This document shows, one piece after another, positions 25,365 through 32,000 of a DNA stretch of 32,000 nucleotides (positions within the stretch are counted from its first letter, which is position 1; each line of letters begins with the position of its first letter). The notes below the pieces were generated by a model, which saw nothing but the letters and a program-made list of their open reading frames with translations, had not been told where the DNA came from and searched no databases. The position numbers were made by a program, and so were the translations under genes. The DNA is from Candidatus Heimdallarchaeota archaeon. GTDB lineage: Archaea; Asgardarchaeota; Heimdallarchaeia; Heimdallarchaeales; Kariarchaeaceae. The stretch is taken from the NCBI GenBank assembly GCA_030149205.1, contig JASBSB010000005.1, positions 30,001-62,000 on the forward strand, written 5' to 3'.

Positions 25365-26788
25365 CAACTTTTGTTCATACATCTGATTGGCACCTTGGCT
25401 TTTTTCAATATAACAAAAATCTTAGACATGATGACTTCTTTGCAGCAGCAAATAGAATCGTTGATAAAATAATAAAAATTGAGCCAGATTTTGTGCTTCA
25501 CACAGGGGATCTTTTTCATCATAAATCTCCTACACCTGGGAGTGTTCTACAGGCATTAAAGTTGCTTAACAAACTAACAAAGAAAAAAATACCAGTATTC
25601 ATCATCCGGGGTAACCATGATGCGTACACGACAAGGAACCTTCAGTACGGTGGAACTGCTTTACAGCTACTTAATGAGGCAACTGGATTGAACTATATCA
25701 ATGATGATGTAATGAACTTCAATGATGTGGATATCATTGGAGTCGGTCATTACTTCTCCGGAAGGGCTAATGAAACATTACAACGTATAAATCAAGAAAA
25801 GAGACCCTTTGATGATCGTTCAAACTTTAAAATATTAGCGATTCATAATTTTATAGAAGGACAAATTTCAGACACTTCAGAGGTAAGTTTGAGTCTGATT
25901 CAGGATCTAGCACCTGATTACGTTGCAGCTGGTCATTTTCATATCCCTTGGAAGCGAGAAAAATTAAATATATTTGTCCCAGGAAGCTCTGAATCTACAT
26001 CCGCTAATGATTGGAACAGAGAGGATAACCTGAATGGAAATATTACACTATATTCTTCATTTTACGAGGTAAAATTGGAAAATCATAATGGTTGGAGTAA
26101 GGAGGTGATTCAACATAGGATACCGGTTAGGCCAAAATTCAAGTTAGAGATTTCATCAGAGTCAATTGATCATCTGGAAATTAAATCTCAAATTTCAGAA
26201 GAAATCAATCAAGTAAAAAAATTTGCATTTTCTACAATTGTTGAAGAATTTAACTACAACTCTGATAAGAAACCAGTACGAACCGCATTTGAACAACCAT
26301 TAGTTCGAATAAGGCTAGATGCAAAAAATCTTCCACAGACCAACCAACATTTAATTAGCACACAAGAGTTAGAGTCAGAGTTAGGTTTGCTTAACCTTGA
26401 AATTTCATTTGATGATTCATTCGAATCTGATTTTCCAATAACTCAAGGTGAACATGTTGTTGTTGAAGATTTACTTCAAGAGTTAATCGAGGAAAGCGAA
26501 ATAGATGACAAACCTCACCTAACCCAATTAGTCCATCAAACTATAGATTATTTTGGTCAAAAGGCAAAAAGTACGACTCTTGGTCTGGACGACCTCAACC
26601 ATTTTCTGAGAATACAAGATGAAAGCTGGAAATTAGGATCTACCCCGAAAATTATGAAATACACAGAAGATGAGCCTCCGAAAGAGAATCTAAATGCTTC
26701 GTCTTCAAATCCAAATAAAAAAGCTTCAGCAGAATCATCCAAATCATCTCGAAAAAGAAACCAGCAATGGGAGGATCTCTTTGAATGA
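25361..26788 (+). CDS. mre11: Mre11 nuclease
   Basis: SDWH, GDLFH, GNHD, GHFH phosphoesterase motifs. ATGA overlap with herA. Confidence 0.93.
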   Translation: MTTFVHTSDWHLGFFQYNKNLRHDDFFAAANRIVDKIIKIEPDFVLHTGDLFHHKSPTPGSVLQALKLLNKLTKKKIPVFIIRGNHDAYTTRNLQYGGTALQLLNEATGLNYINDDVMNFNDVDIIGVGHYFSGRANETLQRINQEKRPFDDRSNFKILAIHNFIEGQISDTSEVSLSLIQDLAPDYVAAGHFHIPWKREKLNIFVPGSSESTSANDWNREDNLNGNITLYSSFYEVKLENHNGWSKEVIQHRIPVRPKFKLEISSESIDHLEIKSQISEEINQVKKFAFSTIVEEFNYNSDKKPVRTAFEQPLVRIRLDAKNLPQTNQHLISTQELESELGLLNLEISFDDSFESDFPITQGEHVVVEDLLQELIEESEIDDKPHLTQLVHQTIDYFGQKAKSTTLGLDDLNHFLRIQDESWKLGSTPKIMKYTEDEPPKENLNASSSNPNKKASAESSKSSRKRNQQWEDLFE

Positions 26789-29613
26789 AAACATTAAAAA
26801 TCAACAGCTTACGCCTGAAGTCAATTCGATGCTATAATGATGATATTCTAAAATTTGATTCCGGTAAAAATATTATTACCGGGGCTAATGGGTCAGGAAA
26901 ATCAACCATCATTAACTCAATTGGTCTGGCTCTATTTGGTCAAAACTATCTCACAAACTTTGATTTGAACTATAATGATTTTATTACAAATGGAAAAGAT
27001 AAAGGTAGAATTATCTTAGATTTTTCTACAGATAAGGGGAATTTTCAATCAGAATTTTTGATTCAAAGAAAAGGGAGTAACAAATGGGTACTTTATGAAA
27101 TATTAGAGGACGAAAAGAGAAAGGAAGTCACAAAGTTGGTCTCAGAGACCAAAAACTATGTCCTAAACCTTTTTGACGGAATGCTTGATGCAACTACCTT
27201 TAAAAATGCAATATGCAGCCCACAAGGACAAATATCCAAGATAATGGATGCAACAGATTCTGAAAGGGCTGGAGAGATCTACAAAGTATTAAATGTTGAA
27301 AAATATAAAGACGTTGCAAACCTAACTAGAAAGTTGCTTAGGTTAATTGATGAAAAACAAGAGAAGACAACCAGTTATTTAGAAGGATTAGGGGATGTCG
27401 ATGCAGGTGTTTCACAATTTGAAAACAAACTAAAAGAAGAAGAGAAGAGTCTTAAGAGTTTAACAATAAACTTACAGGAGAATTTGAAAAATCATGAAGG
27501 ATTGGCAACCAATCTTATAGCTATACAATCAAAAATAACAAAGAAAAATGAGTTATCTACTCAAATTCGCAGTATTCAAGAGCAAATAGAAGACTCAAAA
27601 AAGGTAAAAACACAGGCTCAAAAATCCTTAAAAGATAAATTTGCAGGTCTTAATCAAACGAACTTGAATGAAATTGAGGTCAAACGAGATATTACCAAAT
27701 TGAACTCTGAAAAGAAGATTATTGATGCAGAATTAATTAATGTAATCGAGAAGGAGAAAGAATTCAAATTACTTACAGAAAACTCCAAGAGGTTAGAATC
27801 AAGGTTTAATGAGCTTAAGACTGATCAAAGAAGCGTTACAACAAAGTTAAATAAGTTGAAATCTGATATTTCCTCTCTTATTGATAGTAAAGATGTAACA
27901 TTAGAAAACTTGCAAAATTTCACTAAGGCTGAGTCTGATTTTTTGAATACTAAGATAAAAGAAGAAAAAGAGTATATTCAAAGCATTCAAAGCAAAAGCG
28001 AATCAAAAACAAAGAAACTGACTCAAAAGGAAGGATTAGAGAATAAAATTGCTAAATCAGAAAATGAATTTAAGAGAGAATTCGATTTAGATCCATCAAA
28101 CACAGATACAGAAATTCAAAACAAAGAAAAATTGCTTAAAGAAATCGACAAAAAAACAGAGGAAGTCAATTTATCATTAGAGGAGATATCAATTAAAAGA
28201 GGGGAGCTGAATAATAAGATAAAACAAACAAATGATGTTCTTAAACTACTAAAACACACTCATGAAACAGAAAAGACATGTCCAACCTGTAGACAAAGCT
28301 TACAGGGTGTTGACCTTAAGTCATTGACGAATATCCACCAAAAAGAGTTAGAAAGTGCAAATAAAGCAATTAAAGATATACTAACAAGTGAGAACAAACT
28401 GAAATTGGAATATAGAAAATTAGAGGAACAACAAAAGAAAATTTCAAAGGAACATCTGAAACTACAGAATTTCGCAAAGATATTCATGGAACTGAGAGAA
28501 GATAACACTCGGATCACTGAACTTACCGAATCTATCTCAATTATAGATGATGAACTATCTAAACTAAATAACGAGCATCAAAGCATTCAAACACTATTAG
28601 AAGACTCTATGAGGAAGGTTGATCTGGCTAAAGGCTATTCAAAGGATCTGCAGAATTCACTAAAAGAAGACAATAAGTTAACAAAAGATCTAAAAATGAT
28701 TGAGGAAGAGCTTTCTGAAAATTCTAAAAAAATTGCTCAAATTGATTTTAATAGACTTCAAAAAGAAAAAGCTCAACTTGAAACAAAACAAGAAAAGTTA
28801 ACTTCTAGTATTGACAAACTTCAGGAACTATTGCCATTATTTGTCAGAATACAAACTCTTACAGCGTCTATAGACTCCAATCAGGCAATCATTCTCAACA
28901 AAAGAATGAATTTAGATGAGATCTTAAAGGAACTCCCTTCAGATTCTGAGATTGAAAAACTAATTTTAGAGGAAAGGGAACTTGACAACACAATCAGTGG
29001 ATTAAAAGAGAGAATAAAAATATTGAGCAATGAGATTTTACCTGAGTTAAAGGCTAACTTGAACTCTTATCTAGAACTAAGAAAGGATAGGGATGATAAA
29101 GAAAGTCTTAGACAAAGATACATTCTTGCTCAAAAGGAATTTTCAGAGGTTTACAGGATAATGGACATTCTTCCTGAAAAGATAGTTTCAGCAGCTCTTG
29201 CGAGGGTATCAAACAATGCAACAAAAATTATCCAGAAACTTATGCCTGAAAAAGGCTTCAATCAAATTCAATTAAGCCCCAACGGTCAATTGATAGTGGT
29301 TAGACAAGGTGAAGAAATCAGGTACAATCAAATCTCAGGAGGTGAGAAAACAGCCCTCGCGATTGCCCTTCGAGCAGCACTCAGTCAGAGTGTAGTTCAG
29401 GTCAATTTTATGATACTCGATGAACCTACCCAACATTTGGATAAAAACCGGGTTGAAGAACTTATTGAAATAATGGACAAAGGAGATTTGCTGGGGAATA
29501 AAAACGGACAACTAATCCTTGTGACTCATGTTGATGAGTTCACAAGAATAGCTGATCAAAGCATAAAAATTGAGGTCGCAAACAGTGGCAAAAGAACCTT
29601 TGTGACCTCATGA
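26785..29613 (+). CDS. rad50: Rad50 ATPase
   Basis: Walker A GANGSGKS, Q-loop, long coiled coil with central CPTC zinc hook, ISGGE signature, LDEPT, VTH. ATGA overlap with mre11. Confidence 0.95.
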   Translation: MKTLKINSLRLKSIRCYNDDILKFDSGKNIITGANGSGKSTIINSIGLALFGQNYLTNFDLNYNDFITNGKDKGRIILDFSTDKGNFQSEFLIQRKGSNKWVLYEILEDEKRKEVTKLVSETKNYVLNLFDGMLDATTFKNAICSPQGQISKIMDATDSERAGEIYKVLNVEKYKDVANLTRKLLRLIDEKQEKTTSYLEGLGDVDAGVSQFENKLKEEEKSLKSLTINLQENLKNHEGLATNLIAIQSKITKKNELSTQIRSIQEQIEDSKKVKTQAQKSLKDKFAGLNQTNLNEIEVKRDITKLNSEKKIIDAELINVIEKEKEFKLLTENSKRLESRFNELKTDQRSVTTKLNKLKSDISSLIDSKDVTLENLQNFTKAESDFLNTKIKEEKEYIQSIQSKSESKTKKLTQKEGLENKIAKSENEFKREFDLDPSNTDTEIQNKEKLLKEIDKKTEEVNLSLEEISIKRGELNNKIKQTNDVLKLLKHTHETEKTCPTCRQSLQGVDLKSLTNIHQKELESANKAIKDILTSENKLKLEYRKLEEQQKKISKEHLKLQNFAKIFMELREDNTRITELTESISIIDDELSKLNNEHQSIQTLLEDSMRKVDLAKGYSKDLQNSLKEDNKLTKDLKMIEEELSENSKKIAQIDFNRLQKEKAQLETKQEKLTSSIDKLQELLPLFVRIQTLTASIDSNQAIILNKRMNLDEILKELPSDSEIEKLILEERELDNTISGLKERIKILSNEILPELKANLNSYLELRKDRDDKESLRQRYILAQKEFSEVYRIMDILPEKIVSAALARVSNNATKIIQKLMPEKGFNQIQLSPNGQLIVVRQGEEIRYNQISGGEKTALAIALRAALSQSVVQVNFMILDEPTQHLDKNRVEELIEIMDKGDLLGNKNGQLILVTHVDEFTRIADQSIKIEVANSGKRTFVTS

Positions 29614-31686
29614 AGCTCTAAATCCACCAGCAAAATCTCTATCAGGGCTTAGTAATGAGACACCCTTCTCATCCTCAACAGCAAGAACCATTCCCTCAGA
29701 TTTAATTCCTCCAAGTTTTCGAGGTTTTAAATTGTCAACAATCATTACAGTCCTGTTTTTCAGGTCTTCTGGATTGTAATATTTTGCAATTCCTGCAACT
29801 ATTGTTCGGTCTTTTCTCTCACCATCATCAACAGTTAGTACAAGCAATTTATCTGACTTGGGATGTTTCACGCAGTCTAAGACTTTTGCAGATTTGATCT
29901 TGACCTTATCAAAATCCTCTATTGTTATGAATTTGGATTCTTTAGTAGGTTTTTTAGACTTCTTGGGTTTTTCGGGTTGTTTGGACTCTTCATCACTGAC
30001 TACGACAGCTCCAAATTCTATCTCGTACTTCTTAACCTCTTTATCAGTAATTTTTTTGAAGAGGTGCCCTTGAAATTTCACAGTATTCCCTCGAATAGCT
30101 GTTCTGTCAATAATTCTCTCCCATTTATCATCAGTAATTGGATGTGCAATTCCAAGTGATAAATAGATTTTTTCAGCTGAAGAAGGGATAAAGGGATGAC
30201 TTAGCAGAGCAATAGATCTGAGGACATGAGCTAGATTAGATAAAATTTCACCTGCTCGCTTTTTGTCTGTCTTAATTACTTCCCATGGTTTTGTTTCTGT
30301 GAAGTATTTATTGACTCGAGCAACAAAGGTCTTAAGTGCTTTTAATGGTTTTTGGAACTCCACCTGTTCAAACGTCTCTTCATACTCTTTGACAGTATGC
30401 TCAAGGTCTTGCCACAGCTCCTCATCCTCTTTTTTATATGAATCAACAGTTGGAACTTTTCCATCAAAATTCCGTTCAATGAAGGTTACTGTTCTGTTGA
30501 CTAAATTCCCAAACTGATTATTCAAATCATTGTTTACTGCATCCTGAAAAAGTTTCCAGTTAAATTCTGTATTCTGTCTCTCAGGAGCAATCAATAGAAG
30601 ATAATACCTCCAATAATCTGCAGGGTAAAGCTCGAGTGCCTGATCTATGAACACACCTCGTTTTTGCGATGTAGAAAATTTCCCACCTGGATAGGTTAAC
30701 CATTGAAACCCCTTTACAAAAGTTGGGAGAATATATCCATCATCAGCCCCTATTATTGTACTTGGAAAAGTCACAGTATGGAATGGAACATTATCAATTC
30801 CCATAAATTCATAGTACCTTGTTTTAGGATTTTTCCAATATTCTAACCATAGGTTTTCATCGCCCTCTAACTTTGCCCATTTTTTCGTCATGGAGATATA
30901 ACCAATTGGAGCATCAAACCAGACATAGAAAACCAAATCTTCATAGCCTTGAAGGGGTACAGGGATACCCCACTTTAGGTTTCTTGTAATTGATCTGGGT
31001 CTTAAGCCTTCTCTAAGCCATTTTTGTGCTATTGAGAGAGTTGTAAGTGGCCATTGTTCCTGCTTGTTTACCCACTCCTCAACCTTTGGTTGAATTTTTG
31101 GTAAATCTATGTAGAGATGTTTTGTCTGTTTGATCACAAGATTGTTTGAATCTGAAATAACACTCTTCGGGTTTATTAGTTGGGTAGGATTAAGGAGTGT
31201 TGAACAATCTTCACATTGATCACCCCGTGCTCTTTCATACCCACAATGAGGACAGGTTCCAATGACATATCTATCAGGTAAGAATCTGTCATCATCAACA
31301 CTAAAGAGTTGTTCGTCCTCTTTTTCAAAAATATACCCATTTTCATAGAGTTTCAAAAACAATGATTGAGTGATCTCATGATTTTCAATATCGGAAGTTC
31401 TCCCAAAGTAATCAAAAGAGAGGTTGAAATCCTCATAATTCTTCTTCTGAACCTTATACATCTTTGTACAATAATCCTCTACAGACAGGCCAGCCTCTAA
31501 TGCTGCTATCTCCGCTGGTGTTCCATGATCATCTGTTCCACAGATGGCAACAACATCCCTTCCTCTAAGCCTGAGGTATCTTGCAAATACATCTGCAGGA
31601 AGGAGAGAACCAATTAAATTTCCAATGTGTTTGACTCCATTAATGTATGGTAATGCACTGGTTACGATATATTTTTCATTAGACAT
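29608..31686 (-). CDS. metG: Methionyl-tRNA synthetase with C-terminal tRNA-binding (Trbp111/EMAPII-like) domain
   Basis: LPYINGVKHIGN (HIGH), CGTDDHG, zinc knuckle CPHC...GDQCEDC, YVWFDA, KFSTS, C-terminal OB domain. AAAGGTGAT RBS upstream. Confidence 0.97.
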   Translation of the reverse strand: MSNEKYIVTSALPYINGVKHIGNLIGSLLPADVFARYLRLRGRDVVAICGTDDHGTPAEIAALEAGLSVEDYCTKMYKVQKKNYEDFNLSFDYFGRTSDIENHEITQSLFLKLYENGYIFEKEDEQLFSVDDDRFLPDRYVIGTCPHCGYERARGDQCEDCSTLLNPTQLINPKSVISDSNNLVIKQTKHLYIDLPKIQPKVEEWVNKQEQWPLTTLSIAQKWLREGLRPRSITRNLKWGIPVPLQGYEDLVFYVWFDAPIGYISMTKKWAKLEGDENLWLEYWKNPKTRYYEFMGIDNVPFHTVTFPSTIIGADDGYILPTFVKGFQWLTYPGGKFSTSQKRGVFIDQALELYPADYWRYYLLLIAPERQNTEFNWKLFQDAVNNDLNNQFGNLVNRTVTFIERNFDGKVPTVDSYKKEDEELWQDLEHTVKEYEETFEQVEFQKPLKALKTFVARVNKYFTETKPWEVIKTDKKRAGEILSNLAHVLRSIALLSHPFIPSSAEKIYLSLGIAHPITDDKWERIIDRTAIRGNTVKFQGHLFKKITDKEVKKYEIEFGAVVVSDEESKQPEKPKKSKKPTKESKFITIEDFDKVKIKSAKVLDCVKHPKSDKLLVLTVDDGERKDRTIVAGIAKYYNPEDLKNRTVMIVDNLKPRKLGGIKSEGMVLAVEDEKGVSLLSPDRDFAGGFRAS

Positions 31687-32000
31687 GCGAAATCACCTTT
31701 GATAAGTTCAGTACCCACTTATTTATTAAATATAGAATTTTATAAAAGACGGGATGTGGTGTTACACTTACGAGGTTTAAGCTAACAAGAAGATTTTGTT
31801 CGGAAATCCATTTCGCAATACCCCATGTAATTTACCACAATTTCAATTCAACAGGGTTTACAAAAAGGTTTCTCTACAACAATGCTCAATATCCTTAAAT
31901 GGTGTATAATTGTGGAAAAATTATAGAAAATACCTCTTTCCTACAAAAATTCACTTCGTTTTCTATTTATGGAAGTCAAAGAACTTATATAGCTAAATTA

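Noticed and set aside
23751-29613. HerA or SMC-like ATPase as an antiphage system (Sir2-HerA, Wadjet, Lamassu)
   Set aside because: The neighbours are bona fide Mre11, zinc-hook Rad50 and NurA, i.e. housekeeping resection machinery.
29608-29613. Interlocked stop codons of convergent genes (TCATGA for rad50/metG; CTAG at 2155-2158)
   Set aside because: Common in compact genomes; no evidence of a special function.
795-30517. Many short antisense or overlapping ORFs in the track (e.g. 795-1253, 7700-8194, 13192-13575, 17878-18177, 21524-21823, 30263-30517)
   Set aside because: They are shadows of well-supported genes on the other strand or frame and have no motifs.
31687-32000. Possible gene or leader RNA upstream of metG
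   Set aside because: No ORF of useful length found by manual reading, and no recognisable RNA structure. Probably promoter or intergenic DNA truncated by the window edge.

Overview
AT-rich, gene-dense archaeal chromosomal window. A ribophorin I homologue alongside archaeal RFC-L, FtsZ, an intron-containing tRNA and NurA/HerA/Mre11/Rad50 points to an Asgard archaeon, probably Heimdallarchaeia (inference, no phylogeny run). In order it holds: the 3' end of an ETF alpha gene; a tRNA-Arg(TCT) with two introns, absent from the ORF track; ftsZ; an acyl-lipid cluster (PlsC-type acyltransferase, two alpha/beta hydrolases, small membrane proteins); an MBL hydrolase; an orphan nucleotidyltransferase-fold protein; a coiled-coil/disordered protein with a duplicated PSAP motif; rfcL; a C-N hydrolase; a mycobacterial Sdh1-like succinate dehydrogenase operon; an RPA2-like OB-fold; ribophorin I; a WbpD-like N-acetyltransferase; nurA; a copper module (PadR-TRASH regulator, copA, copZ) lying between nurA and herA-mre11-rad50; and metG. 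The most notable observations are the copper module (regulator whose fold extends upstream of any ATG/GTG/TTG, plus a shared TATCA-N5-TGATA palindrome at the copA and copZ promoters), the double-intron tRNA and the PSAP-repeat scaffold. I saw no CRISPR array, rRNA, integrase or transposase.
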